In this document: positions 20,590 to 31,722 of the stretch, piece by piece | Numbering within the stretch: position 1 is the stretch's first letter | Layout: each line of letters opens with the position of its first letter | Source of the DNA: Nitrososphaerales archaeon | Lineage (GTDB): Archaea > Thermoproteota > Nitrososphaeria > Nitrososphaerales > UBA213 | Length of the DNA: 64,000 nucleotides | Reading direction: 5' to 3' | Assembly: GCA_965197925.1 (NCBI GenBank) | Contig: CBDAOC010000001.1 | Location: 1 to 64,000, forward strand | Position numbers and translations under genes: made by a program | Notes under the pieces: generated by a model | The model's database searches: none | The model's input: the letters and a program-made list of their open reading frames with translations, nothing else | Told to the model about the DNA's origin: nothing

Positions 20590-21402
20590 ATGCAGTTCAA
20601 GGATAAAGTAGTTGTTATAACTGGAGCTTCTAGTGGAATAGGCAAACAAGCATCTCTAGATTTCGCGAAGGGGGGCGCAAATATTGTACTTGTAGCGAGA
20701 TCTAAACTAAAGATGGAGGCGATTGCGGACGAAATAAGACAGAATTATCGGATCAATACCTTGGTAGTTCCATGTGATGTATCGAAGAAGGAACAAGTGT
20801 TAGCTATGAACAAAACAATATTTGATCGATTTGATCAAGTTGATATTCTTGTTAACAATGCTGGCTTTGCAATTTTTGGCAGAGTAAGCGACCTATCAAT
20901 TGAGGAAATGGAGGAACAGATAGTAACGAACCTGCTCGGTGTGATTTATTGTACAAAACAATTCTTGCCTTCGATGCTTGCTAGAAAAATGGGTCACATC
21001 GTAAATGTTGCATCGGTAGCAAGTAGTATAGGAATTCCTGGTTTTGCATCATACTGCGCATCAAAGTTTGGAATATTGGGATTCTCACAAAGCCTTTATC
21101 ATGAATTGAAGGGAACTGGTGTTGGTGTCACTGTAGTAAGTCCCATTACAGTAAAAACAAACTTTTTCAACCATCCATCCTTCAAGAAGATAAGACTATC
21201 TGCTGTAAGCTTGAATGCTTCTAATGTATCTAAGGCGATATTACACGCTACTAATTCAAAACGTCTTGAGATAATAGTGCCATTTTATGTAAGAGGTGCT
21301 GTATGGCTCACGCAGACTTTACCGTATTTGATAAATCCTATATTAGGCTCTACATTTAGGAGATATATGAAGAAGATCGAAGAAGCAGATCTTCAGGTTT
21401 AG
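20590..21402 (+). CDS. SDR family oxidoreductase
   Basis: TGASSGIG, NNAG and YCASK motifs. Confidence 0.93.
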   Translation: MQFKDKVVVITGASSGIGKQASLDFAKGGANIVLVARSKLKMEAIADEIRQNYRINTLVVPCDVSKKEQVLAMNKTIFDRFDQVDILVNNAGFAIFGRVSDLSIEEMEEQIVTNLLGVIYCTKQFLPSMLARKMGHIVNVASVASSIGIPGFASYCASKFGILGFSQSLYHELKGTGVGVTVVSPITVKTNFFNHPSFKKIRLSAVSLNASNVSKAILHATNSKRLEIIVPFYVRGAVWLTQTLPYLINPILGSTFRRYMKKIEEADLQV

Positions 21403-21757
21403 TTGTCAGTTTAAGGAAAGCAGTCAATTCGATGTGGTTAATATGACAAAGACAGTGAGAAGTACAAAAACACTCTACGGACATAACGACATTCAATAAT
21501 ATTCATTCAAGCATTATTTTATGCATTTTGATTATGATGACGGTCGATAAATATACTCTTACCACGATTTCATATTTTCGATATAACACTGAGCAATTTC
21601 TTGAGATAATGTTGTTCAGAACAATGATTATGATAATTACAAAATCTGGTCGTTGAATTCATCTTACTTCGTATCCTGCATCTCTTTCCTTCTTAGATCA
21701 ACAAAAGGGGCAAACCAAACTAATAATACACTAATATGATGTATTTTTTTACTACGA

Positions 21758-22165
21758 TTAGTTGTCAGAATCTTCTATGTCTGAAGAGGAGGAAACTCCT
21801 GCATCAACATCTAGTATTTCAAGTGATTCTATTTCATATTGATAAATACCTTCCATATGCATATTCAAATTTTCTTTCAAATATTTACTCAGTTTGTTGC
21901 TTAACGATGCTTTTAGAATTTTCACCTTGTAAGCATAAACAAACCCTTTTAGCAAATCATCCATCTTTATTTCATTAGGAATATCAGCCTTGATGATGTG
22001 TTGTCCCGGGGGCACTTTTTCGTAGAGTTGAATGTCAGCTCGTCTTTCTTTATCATATATGTCAAGAAAGTAGCCCGTTCCTTCCCATTTAGGGACAGGT
22101 TTGAATGAGGAGTCCTTTATGGAATTAATTTCATCCTCAGCCCATTTCGGTAATTCAATGCTCAT
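21758..22165 (-). CDS. hypothetical protein
   Basis: 135-aa ORF with protein-like composition and an acidic tail. Confidence 0.7.
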   Translation of the reverse strand: MSIELPKWAEDEINSIKDSSFKPVPKWEGTGYFLDIYDKERRADIQLYEKVPPGQHIIKADIPNEIKMDDLLKGFVYAYKVKILKASLSNKLSKYLKENLNMHMEGIYQYEIESLEILDVDAGVSSSSDIEDSDN

Positions 22166-22296
22166 GTATTGAATATAGTGTGATTATTAGTTAATATGTT
22201 TTCAATCACAGAAACTAGTCCATATATAATAATATGGCCAAGAATCCATTTACATCATGACATAGGTGTCTATATACAACAAACAAAAAGTGAGAA

Positions 22297-22533
22297 TTAT
22301 TTTTTCTTGCTTAACCACCAGTCAAGATACTCATCTTGTCTGCTTTTCTTCTGTTCTGGTCTATCTTTGTCTTTTATATCGTAAATCTGCTCTCGAGTCA
22401 CATAAAGCCCACATTTCTTGCAAACGAAGTGCCTGGTATTAGGTTCATAATCCAATTCACCACTGCACTCTGGACAAGAGTTTGTTGTCAAACCGTGATG
22501 ACAATCTCTCTTACCATATAAAATCGTTCGCAC
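22297..22533 (-). CDS. small zinc-ribbon protein; true start possibly TTG at 22491
   Basis: CPEC...CKKC; C-terminal DEYLDWWLSKKK. Confidence 0.75.
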   Translation of the reverse strand: MRTILYGKRDCHHGLTTNSCPECSGELDYEPNTRHFVCKKCGLYVTREQIYDIKDKDRPEQKKSRQDEYLDWWLSKKK

Positions 22534-22590
22534 AAGATTATTGGACCAACTTGCGTTGACTGAATTTGTATTCTAAATTTATCACTACAA

Positions 22591-23551
22591 GGCTCTGTAG
22601 AAACCATACCAAAAATACAGTTAATCTATGCATGTTGTAGGCAATTACTCTGAAGAACAGCTCCCTGTTCTGCATTCTAACAGATCTTGATAGTATATGC
22701 TCACCAAACATTCTCTTTACCACAGACAGTATGGTTTCGTTCTTGTTACTCTGACAGTAAAGTTCCTTGTAGAATCTCCTCTCCATCTGCTTCCTGTATC
22801 TTCCATGCGTTCTCCATACTGGTACATCTCCATATCTAGCAGGGACTGCTCACAGCACCTAGATACTCTCTAACAAATTCGTGATTTGCTTCGCTATCAT
22901 AGCCTTTATCAGCTGCAACTATAGACAATAGCATTATACTTGATGCCCTTTGCAGCAATGGTGTGAAATCTATAGTATCGTGTCTTGGCCCTCTTCTTAT
23001 CTTCAAAGAACATGCCAGCTGCTCTCTCACTTCAGCACCTATAGACAGCTTGATGTAACGCTTCCTTATTCCTGCTACATCAGTATAATATGATGAAGCG
23101 TTACTGGATTTGAATCCAGACGCATCTATTCCCACAAACATCTTCCTTACCTTCGTAAGAAGGATGAATGAACTGATTATCCTGTACAGAAGCATGTCAT
23201 TCATCCTTGAAGCAAACTTCTGCAGTGTTGTATAATGGGGTACTATATCTAGATGTAGAAAGATCCTCAGGTAGTATGCTTCATGCAGCCATTCCACAAA
23301 CCTCCTGTAGCTCTTCCCTTCATACTGCCTTAATGCCAGAAGGATTGTATGCTGCCATACAGTGTAGATATGATTGCTCTTCTTGTGTATGTACAGGGGT
23401 ATCCTGGCCTTTATCAAAACATTGAGCATGGTTCTAGCAAGTTTGACATACCTTGACTCTTTCATGCATAGGCAGGAGTTATATGTGATACATTGATCTC
23501 ATGGTGCAATTCCGTGCACAACAGGCTAAAATCTATGGTTTCTACACAGCC
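22591..23551 (-). mobile_element. IS5-family (ISH1-like) element, type A, full length and frameshifted
   Basis: TIR GGCTCTGTAGAAACCAT; 8-bp TSD CACTACAA at 22583-22590 and 23552-23559; ORFs 22836-23465 and 22538-22786. Confidence 0.93.
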
Positions 23552-23603
23552 CACTACAATAAAACTGAAAATGCTTACATATTTGTATTTAGATCTTGTT
23601 ATC

Positions 23604-23774
23604 ATGCCTTTTATGTGTTTGACATGTGAGGAGAGACCCATGTTTGTTGATAGTGAAAATGCAGTCGACCATATGACTAAGAATCCATTTCATCAGATGG
23701 TATATTATGATGACAAATCAATTGATATTGCATTGGAAAATGTAAAGAATACCATCAATGAAGATGTATTGTGA
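23604..23774 (+). CDS. small C2H2-type zinc-finger protein
   Basis: MPFMCLTC...DHMTKNPFH; the longer ORF-track call starts inside the IS. Confidence 0.6.
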   Translation: MPFMCLTCEERPMFVDSENAVDHMTKNPFHQMVYYDDKSIDIALENVKNTINEDVL

Positions 23775-23781
23775 CTAAACA

Positions 23782-24168
23782 CTATCTTGCCTTTTCGCCC
23801 GAAACTCTCCACTTAGTACCTGGTAACCTTGACTTTGTTAATTCTAAATAGCCCACAAGGCTACCATTGTAGTGCACTTTATAATCTCTATTTTCGACGG
23901 AAAAGGAAAAAAAAGAACTTGGTTTATAACCACCTTCGAGTGTCTTGATCTTATACCTTTTACTTGCTCTAATTATGAGATCTCTTGCAACAGAAATATC
24001 ACCATTCCAAAGAAGCATTTCAAATTTTCCGAATCGTGATGTATTAATAATATGTCCATAAAGTTCTGCTTTGACATCTTTCTTAAGCTTAATAACTTCC
24101 TCATTCAAACATTTCGCAACCGTGACACCAAATCCTTGTTGTGCACCAAAGCTGTCCGAGCTTGTCAT
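23782..24168 (-). CDS. hypothetical protein
   Basis: 128-aa ORF. Confidence 0.65.
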   Translation of the reverse strand: MTSSDSFGAQQGFGVTVAKCLNEEVIKLKKDVKAELYGHIINTSRFGKFEMLLWNGDISVARDLIIRASKRYKIKTLEGGYKPSSFFSFSVENRDYKVHYNGSLVGYLELTKSRLPGTKWRVSGEKAR

Positions 24169-24260
24169 TGCAAAATATCTAAAATATTCTATAATGAAAG
24201 TTTTGCGGTATAGTTATGCGATCACTAACATTGATTGCAAATATGTAATTCACTAGTACT

Positions 24261-24331
24261 GCTGGTGCACGGACTTTTGTCGTCATCGCACTGTGGCTCA
24301 GTTCGCCCATCAAAATGCCGCGCACCAGAGC
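24261..24331 (-). ncRNA. candidate small structured RNA (long stem with box C/D-like motifs)
   Basis: GC-rich island in AT-rich intergenic DNA. On the minus strand CTGGTGCGCGGCATTTTG pairs with CAAAAGTCCGTGCACCAG around TTGATGG..CTGA..GCGATGA. BRE/TATA-like AAAAAAC-TTTTAATT about 25 nt upstream. Confidence 0.5.
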
Positions 24332-24978
24332 AAGCTAACTCAATAAAAAAGAAATTAAAAGTTTTTTGGTAGAAATTAAGGAAGATAATATACAAATATG
24401 TTGAGGATAATAAAAGATCTTAGACTTATCAATATTTTGAGTAACGGAAATGGTATTTAAATTTTAGAGGTATTGAACAAGCAATAAATTAGTAGAAAAT
24501 TATCATCTAAAGAATCTAAATCTTCGATTGGAATCCCTGTATGTAGATATGAAACACCTTTAGATAGACATTTTAGAAATATTATTGCTATTCCTGGTTA
24601 GCATTAATTTTGTTATACCCAAGAGTGAAGCCAAAGGAAGTATTGCGTTGGCCAGATATAAATGGGTAAATTACATATGACAAAGTATTGACATTAAATA
24701 AAGACATTAAATAAAATTCAAGTTGATTTGGGTTGAAAATTATGTTTTACAATGTTATGCTTGAATTGGAAATGGTAAGGAATAATTTGAAAAGGAATTT
24801 TGGATTATAATTGCTATAGCTACAAAATCTATGAGTTAATATTGTAAGTTTTGATACCTAATTTTCACGTTTCGGATAAAATTCCTTCGAGTCACGATTC
24901 GCACAGTTACAAAAACCAATAGAAGAATATTACCAACGAAATAATATCAATTTGTCAATACAAACTAAAAGGAATGGA

Positions 24979-25368
24979 CTAACAAATTTCGATCAGATTT
25001 TCATCCAACACTATTCTTAACTTGTCACCCGATTTTATTTTGAAAATATCTACATCTGGTCTGTCCGCTAATGGTATATTAGCAATTGCACATCCCGAAG
25101 CTGTGGTAATGTCAGCTTTATTACATATCATAGCCCTTGGAGCAACATTATTCATCTTTAAAGCAAATACAGAGTATGCACCAACGCTACTGCCAATAGC
25201 ATTGGGAAACACAAATACTTTGTTAGTAACATTCTTCTTATGAAGTTCGTGCTTTACGTCTTTTATTATTCCGCTCTTGAGATCAATCATCGTAAGAAAA
25301 TTAATTGTCTGTTTGCTTACCAACGCTTCACCTTCTTCAGAACCACCAACAATCTTTCGGCAACTCAT
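24979..25368 (-). CDS. aconitase X swivel subunit (phosphomevalonate dehydratase small subunit)
   Basis: GEALVS...FPNAIGSSVGAY (DUF126 pattern); start placed at the ATG overlapping the large-subunit stop. Confidence 0.88.
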   Translation of the reverse strand: MSCRKIVGGSEEGEALVSKQTINFLTMIDLKSGIIKDVKHELHKKNVTNKVFVFPNAIGSSVGAYSVFALKMNNVAPRAMICNKADITTASGCAIANIPLADRPDVDIFKIKSGDKLRIVLDENLIEIC

Positions 25369-26525
25369 ACGCACTCTTGTCTCACTATCTCCTTCAAAGG
25401 CTTTAAACATACGTCAACCTTGTTGAAATTGTTCAAATAATATGCGCCCTTGATGCTGTTAGTAATTACGCTATCAACTTCTTTCTGATCAACAAGTGGA
25501 GTTAAACATGTACAGCAGTCACATAGCAACTGGCCTCCAGCATTCTCAATCTTTTGTGTGTATCCAAGATCTCTTGCACTTTCGTAAGCTGCCCTTGCGC
25601 AAAATATCAAGCATCTCTTCTTGAATTTCTTTTCTTCAACCAAATTGGCCAGTAGAGATAGGTCTTCTACACCTAACTGGGGGCTGCCCAGAGTGATAAT
25701 ATCTCCACTCTCTTTGGTACTTAGCTCATCCTGCACATTCTTGGATTCTTCCTTTCCAAACTCTATTTTCTCACCATCAGTATTTCCTATAGAGAACATC
25801 CCACAGGATCCAGAAGTTCCTATTGCAGCTGAAAGTGATTTTGCATTTTGCTTCTCCAATTGTTTGATGCTATCAAAGGCGACTACATTGTTCGCTACCT
25901 TACCAGCAAAATATCCCAGTAAACCATAATCCAATTCGTTGTCAAGCTGACTTTTGATTTTTATACACTTGTCAGGTTTTCTCATCTCTTCAATTCGTAA
26001 TTCTGAATAAGGTGCTTTACCAGTAAGTGCACTTGCAAGTGCGCTCAATGAACTCTCCTTGTTTGTTCGTAAATGTAGGATAGAGTTTGCGTAAATTACC
26101 GCATTACTTTCAGCAAAACTTACATTTGTTGCTTCAGGAGGGATTTGAAAAACTTCGTATGGGATACAAGTGTATGAATTCATTCCACCCATGAGCCTAT
26201 ACGCATCTACAATTTTGTTCTGTTCTGTAATGAACTTAGTGTTCACTTTCAATGAACTTATTTTAAGTGGATCGAAGCCCATAGGGTTTATTGTTGTCTT
26301 CACAGTAAATTTACAATCTCTACTTAGGTTTTCAAGAAACTGCACACCAGAATCTCCAATCGTGTTATAATTCACACCAGAGACATGAGCCCAATTTACT
26401 GGGACGAGTTTTTCAGCATCAGTAGATTCACCTATTGCCAATAGTATTCTGTAAGCAGTGGCTAGTGCATCACCTTTTTCGCCATTAAGCGCTTTTTCTT
26501 CCTCTCTTGTTAACTGGATGAACAC
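25365..26525 (-). CDS. aconitase X catalytic subunit (phosphomevalonate dehydratase large subunit)
   Basis: HVSGVNYNTIGD, YTCIPY, ESNAVIYANS and TNSIKGAYY (DUF521 pattern). Confidence 0.9.
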   Translation of the reverse strand: MFIQLTREEEKALNGEKGDALATAYRILLAIGESTDAEKLVPVNWAHVSGVNYNTIGDSGVQFLENLSRDCKFTVKTTINPMGFDPLKISSLKVNTKFITEQNKIVDAYRLMGGMNSYTCIPYEVFQIPPEATNVSFAESNAVIYANSILHLRTNKESSLSALASALTGKAPYSELRIEEMRKPDKCIKIKSQLDNELDYGLLGYFAGKVANNVVAFDSIKQLEKQNAKSLSAAIGTSGSCGMFSIGNTDGEKIEFGKEESKNVQDELSTKESGDIITLGSPQLGVEDLSLLANLVEEKKFKKRCLIFCARAAYESARDLGYTQKIENAGGQLLCDCCTCLTPLVDQKEVDSVITNSIKGAYYLNNFNKVDVCLKPLKEIVRQECV

Positions 26526-26594
26526 ACTAACTGCATTCGCAATAATAAACTATTTCATACAAAGAATAATAATGATAATAACACCTTCCTCAGC

Positions 26595-27257
26595 ATGGAT
26601 ATACAAAAGGTTCTTGATTCGATGCTTGAATCAATACGCAGATTAAAACCCCCAAGAATGACAGCTCTTAAAGAATTGCAGGAGACTGAAAATGGAGATC
26701 CGCTGCGGATACTAATGGGTACAATACTATCTGCAAGAACTAGAGACGAAAATTCAACAATAGCCGTGAAGAATTTGTTTGCAAAATACAAAACAGTGGA
26801 AGAGATTGCTAATGCATCTACTAAAAAAATTGAACATCTGATCAAACCCTCTGGTTTCTATCATGTCAAGGCTAGAAGGATAAAGGAAGTGGCAAAGATC
26901 CTAATAGAACAGTATGATGGAAATGTGCCTAATAATGTCTCTGAATTGCTAAAATTACCAGGAGTAGGAAGAAAGACTGCAAACTGTGTTCTGGTTTATG
27001 CATTTAACCAACCAGCCATACCGGTTGATACCCATGTGCATAGAATTGCCAATAGACTAGGATTGGTGCAAACCAAAACACCAGAAGAGACAGAAATAGA
27101 ACTCACAAGTAAATTGGACAAAAAATACTGGATAAGAATCAATGACACGTTTGTTATGTTTGGACAGAATGTTTGCAAGCCGATAGGTCCGTTATGCGGG
27201 TCATGCCTTCTAAAAAATCAATGTAGGTATTACATGGAATTTATGTCCTCTTCTTGA
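26595..27257 (+). CDS. nth: endonuclease III
   Basis: HhH LPGVGRKTA, PVDTHV and the C-x6-C-x2-C-x5-C cluster motif. Confidence 0.95.
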   Translation: MDIQKVLDSMLESIRRLKPPRMTALKELQETENGDPLRILMGTILSARTRDENSTIAVKNLFAKYKTVEEIANASTKKIEHLIKPSGFYHVKARRIKEVAKILIEQYDGNVPNNVSELLKLPGVGRKTANCVLVYAFNQPAIPVDTHVHRIANRLGLVQTKTPEETEIELTSKLDKKYWIRINDTFVMFGQNVCKPIGPLCGSCLLKNQCRYYMEFMSSS

Positions 27258-27915
27258 TAATCAGTAAAGTTAGGATTATGCCGGCAGTTACGACAGCCAC
27301 TATAGGAGGAATCATCAGTATTGGGTTATCTAGGGGATTGCCTGACAAAACAGATAAAACTAATTCGCCCCCAAATGCGCTTACATCAGCATCAGAATCT
27401 TCTCTTCCATATAGCTCAACTGTATCAAGAGTGAATGGACCTATTCGCAATCGATCCAAAACAATTCTCTGACCATTGTTTACGCTTAGCCTTTCATTCT
27501 GTACAAATGATGCAGATATTGATTTGTCAGCGAACCACGCATGTGTATTTTCATACAGGCGCATGTAACCAACCTCTTCATTTGCAACAGCAATCCAGAG
27601 CCCATTAGAGGGGGGTGTGAGCATCGCTATTTCTACAAAATTTGTATCTTCTGGATTTTCTTTTAGTCGTAGAACAATTTTCGCTTCTGGATTTTTTTCG
27701 TTATACTCCAAATTGTTTTGTATATTCAGTATCCAGTTAGCTAAGTGGTTGGTGGGAAATTCATAACGTTCAGGAGACAAAAACACCGCATTTGCTGCAG
27801 TGTATGGTATGGTAATAGTTTCATATTTTCTCTTTTCTTGTTCTTGCGCATAAACCATATTTGTGATCATGGGTGACAATAAGATAATTATGATTACAAG
27901 AGCTAAGTTCTTCAT
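27241..27915 (-). CDS. exported/membrane-anchored hypothetical protein
   Basis: N-terminal signal peptide; C-terminal TM helix followed by KKR. Confidence 0.75.
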   Translation of the reverse strand: MKNLALVIIIILLSPMITNMVYAQEQEKRKYETITIPYTAANAVFLSPERYEFPTNHLANWILNIQNNLEYNEKNPEAKIVLRLKENPEDTNFVEIAMLTPPSNGLWIAVANEEVGYMRLYENTHAWFADKSISASFVQNERLSVNNGQRIVLDRLRIGPFTLDTVELYGREDSDADVSAFGGELVLSVLSGNPLDNPILMIPPIVAVVTAGIILTLLIIKKRT

Positions 27916-27946
27916 TTAATTAGCACCCAATATCATCAATAAAAAC

Positions 27947-29860
27947 CTAAGTTACAAATGGATTTTTCCAGTTCAATATCAATTCAGTAATCTCAGGTCG
28001 CATCAAGAGTTCAGATGGTCCTTCTCTACTGGTGACTATCTCTTTCAACTTCGTTCCACTCACCTCCAATCTATGCTGCGGATCATGTGGACAAGTATTT
28101 TCGCTAACAGTGCTCATACATATCTTGCAATAAAAGAATGCTGGGAAGAAAACAGGTTTTATTTCAAGCTCTGGATAGTCCTTGAAAATCTCATGTGCTG
28201 CAAATGGATGGTAGTAGTTTCCAACACCAGCATGGTCTCTACCTACAATGAAGTGAGAGCAACCATAGTTCTTGCAAACTATCGCTTGCAGAATGGCTTC
28301 CTTTGGGCCAGCATATCGTATTTCTGAGTGTAGTGTCGCAAACATCAAGCTTTCCTGTGGATAATAATTGCCTATCAGTGTTTCATATGCCTTTATTATC
28401 ACTTCATCTTTGAAATCTCCGTCATTCTTTCTTCCTATCAGTGGATTGATAAATAAACCATCGAATAGGTTTAGTGCAGCCTTCTGCAACATTTCATGTG
28501 CAAGGTGTGGTATGTTTCTTGTTTGAAAACCAACAACTGTTCTCCATCCACGTTTTCTAAATTCATCCCTTGTGTGTACTGGTGAAAATCTGTGGTTCCT
28601 AAGTTCACTGTTGATTGGCCTATCTATTAAATCGATTTTGCCTCCGATTAACGTATCCTGCATTTTCATTATCCTATTGACGCCTGGATGTCCGATGTCA
28701 TCTGTCTGACAAATTGCTTTGACCATCTCCAGCTTGTTAAAATTGAAGAGTTCTTCAACATGCAATATTGCAAATATTCTGTCGAGTTCATCTCTTATAG
28801 CAACATCACCAGATTCCTTCATTTGTTTAGCAGTTTGCTCATCAGTGTCAAATACAATTGGAATAGTCCATGCTAGTCCATTTTCAAGCCTCCCTCGCTT
28901 TAGAACATTTGTAAAATCGTGAGCCAGCATGAATCCTTCTAACGGGCTAAAAATCCCATCCGCTATATTCTCTATATCGCTAACTCTATCCTCACCTACT
29001 CTTATGCTCATCAACTCATTTGCATCATTGTATGCCTTTTCTCGAGAGTTTCCAGATAGAACTCTATTTACCAGCAGACCTCCATGAGGGGAAGGAATAC
29101 CACTGCTCTCACTCAAAACAAACAACTTTTTCTTAGCATGGGTGAAGTGCATTCCACATTCCTTATCGGCGTGTTGCTCCCACCACCATCTTCCTGCTCG
29201 CAGATCCTCTCCAGGTTTTACAGCCCTTGTACAACATTCACATCCTATACTCGGATATCCTTTGTCATTCAACTTATTATAAGGTACATTATTTTCCCTT
29301 AAGTAGTCCCACACCATATCCCAGGTCCAATCAGCAATTGGATTTACTTTTATGATGTTGCCTTGGCCTGAATCTATCTCAACTTTCTGGATGTCAGCTC
29401 TGGTTGATACTTGTTCTCTCATTAAACCAGTTAACCATGCATCCAGCTTGCTTAGGGCTCTGTTCAATGGATGGACTTTCCTAATTTCACAACACAATTT
29501 TCTGTTCTCAATGCTACGATAAAAGAGGTTTAGACCACGTGTCCTAACCATATTTTCAACCTCTTCTTGATCTGGAAAATAGATATTGATTGTGATACCG
29601 TATTTGTCACGTAGGGAATCCATCAAATCGTATGTCTCTTGATTTAGTCGCCCAGTGTCTAAAGTAAAGATACCCGCATCTTTTCTTAACTTGGCTAGCA
29701 TATCTATAATTACGAGATCACCTGGATTGAAACTGGAAGCCAATGCAATTCTTGGATGAAAGGTATCCAAAGCCCACTTTAGAACCTCTTGTGCGCTCTT
29801 GTTTTCCATACCATTAGAAATTTCCTGTACTTCTTCGGTGCTCATCTTAAGCATGCTCAT
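27947..29860 (-). CDS. cysH-sat: fused APS/PAPS reductase (CysH) and sulfate adenylyltransferase (Sat)
   Basis: N-terminal LDTGRL, CCEIRKVHPL, GYPSIGC, RAGRW, ECGMH. C-terminal PHGG, FSPLEGF, FQTRNIPH, YAGPKEA, VGRDHAG. One continuous frame. Confidence 0.92.
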   Translation of the reverse strand: MSMLKMSTEEVQEISNGMENKSAQEVLKWALDTFHPRIALASSFNPGDLVIIDMLAKLRKDAGIFTLDTGRLNQETYDLMDSLRDKYGITINIYFPDQEEVENMVRTRGLNLFYRSIENRKLCCEIRKVHPLNRALSKLDAWLTGLMREQVSTRADIQKVEIDSGQGNIIKVNPIADWTWDMVWDYLRENNVPYNKLNDKGYPSIGCECCTRAVKPGEDLRAGRWWWEQHADKECGMHFTHAKKKLFVLSESSGIPSPHGGLLVNRVLSGNSREKAYNDANELMSIRVGEDRVSDIENIADGIFSPLEGFMLAHDFTNVLKRGRLENGLAWTIPIVFDTDEQTAKQMKESGDVAIRDELDRIFAILHVEELFNFNKLEMVKAICQTDDIGHPGVNRIMKMQDTLIGGKIDLIDRPINSELRNHRFSPVHTRDEFRKRGWRTVVGFQTRNIPHLAHEMLQKAALNLFDGLFINPLIGRKNDGDFKDEVIIKAYETLIGNYYPQESLMFATLHSEIRYAGPKEAILQAIVCKNYGCSHFIVGRDHAGVGNYYHPFAAHEIFKDYPELEIKPVFFPAFFYCKICMSTVSENTCPHDPQHRLEVSGTKLKEIVTSREGPSELLMRPEITELILNWKNPFVT

Positions 29861-30239
29861 TTCACATCCAGCCGGTCATCAACAATTTTGATAGAACTCT
29901 TCTTTCTGGCAGGTCAAACACTGCCATTGGATCCACGATAGTATTACTATAATAATCTCTACTGACCTTGTGGTCATATTGAAATACAACACTGTTGTAG
30001 TTATTTAAATCTTGCAGCCTTATAGTTTTTTAATATTGTTTTTTATCCAATCTTTGTTAACCGAAGGGGATTGATTTATCTTAATCTATAAAACAATTAT
30101 ACTAATTTGAAGAGCCATAGGCAACTACATTAGTAGATGTGATGTATGATCAGACTGATATGAAAAGTTTGATCATTATTGTTGAATGCAGTGCATGGAT
30201 GTTGTAAGGTTTAAATAAGCTCCGCTATCCCAATCTGCG

Positions 30240-30569
30240 ATGGATATTGCAACCACGGTGAGAAATGTTCATGAAATAATCAAGGAAGATATTAGTGGAA
30301 CATTTGATTCTTCTCTAGTCTTTAGAAAAGCTAAAGAAAGAGGGAATACGGAATTGACAGAATCGTTAACTCTACAATCTCTAGAATTTCTCCGGAAGAT
30401 GCGTATAATCGAAGGAACCTCTGATTCAGGAAAAGAGTTTAAAATTACTGACGTGGGACTTAATGTTCCATTAGAGCTCGTAGAAAAAAAATCTAAAGCT
30501 CTATATGGAAAGAAATATGTGCCAGGACAGCAGAGTTATACGCTCATAAGTTGCGGGTATTTCTTCTAA
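30240..30569 (+). CDS. hypothetical protein, possibly winged-helix
   Basis: LEFLRKMRII...FKITDVG; TTTAAATA box upstream. Confidence 0.55.
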   Translation: MDIATTVRNVHEIIKEDISGTFDSSLVFRKAKERGNTELTESLTLQSLEFLRKMRIIEGTSDSGKEFKITDVGLNVPLELVEKKSKALYGKKYVPGQQSYTLISCGYFF

Positions 30570-30574
30570 ATAGA

Positions 30575-31661
30575 TGAAGCATGGGCATTATTCCATATAA
30601 CAAAAATAACTTGATGCCTCTGATTGATTAACTTCCCAACATGTGCTTCAATGCCCTTAATGGTCTTCCTGTCAAGTAGTTGTAGTATACCATCAGCTGG
30701 TATAGCAATATAGAAATCAGAACGATGCTCCTAGCTTTATCAAATCCTCTAACTGGCAATGGATCTATGGTAAATACATCCTTCATATGCTCTATCAATG
30801 GCTCAACGCTTATGCTCCTCCGAGAATATACATGCTGTCCAAATTCAGATTGATAGAACTGCAGCAATGCCAGTCTATTATCTGTAGTATGCCTATACCT
30901 TTCCAATGGGAATACTGGATGCCCTCTATACCTGCTGAAATCACATAACTTGTGATCATCATATCCTTCATCTCCTACAACATACCTCACCATTCCTAAA
31001 GGCAATGAAGATGTTATGCTTTCATACATCTTGTTATCAGTAATGTTAGCTGTTGTGAAATCAGCTGATAATGGAACTATCAATGAACCTGTACTAGATG
31101 CTAGATGCAGTTTGTATCCGAATACCCGTCCCTTAGTTCTGCTGTAGCCCCATCGAGCATCTGTATCTATACCTGAACGTGGTACTTCATTCTTCATGTT
31201 TGATCTATGCCATACATGTCCCTTTGCTTTCAACAATGAACTGTCAACGGATACTATGGATGAGTCTACCAACCCATCTTTTATGAAGAGCACACCCATA
31301 ACATCTATCCTTGATCTTATGTCAATTGATACGGCCTTGACCTTCTGTCGAATGTTCTTCTGTCTGGCAACCTATCAAGACCACATGCCTTCATTACCTT
31401 CCTGTTGTATGGCATGTCTATCAAAAAGTTTCATGCAAAGCATTGTTGCTTGGTATTCTTATCCATACTCTAACGATGAAGCATCTCACCATAACTGTAG
31501 GAGAATAGTAGAATGGTCTACTTTTCCTATTAGGTTTTGTCCGAATCACGTCAATCAAAAATAATATACGAAGAAGTATCGAGTCTGAGCTAAACACATT
31601 ACCAATGAAAAATGGAACCTGATCTTATCGTTTCGACCGGCTTAATTATGCCCAAGCCTCA
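30575..31661 (-). mobile_element. IS element, type F (DDE transposase; family uncertain), degenerate
   Basis: TIR TGAGGCTTGGGCATAATT with a degenerate left copy; VDSS, GDEGYD and SVEP motifs; near-identical to 58343-59435. Confidence 0.88.
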
Positions 31662-31722
31662 GGTAATTACTAATTATGATTCGTTGGATAATGCTTATGA
31701 TCAATACGGGCGTTATTACGTT

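Noticed and set aside
24261..24331. Fluoride riboswitch or tRNA fragment
   Set aside because: It has GATG/GTTCGCC-like words but not in the order needed for the riboswitch pseudoknot, there is no crcB-type gene downstream, and it does not fold as a cloverleaf.
31612..31722. N-terminal extension of Cas1 in the ORF track
   Set aside because: The first 50 bp are the end of the type F IS (same sequence near 59386-59435); the true start is more likely GTG 31723.
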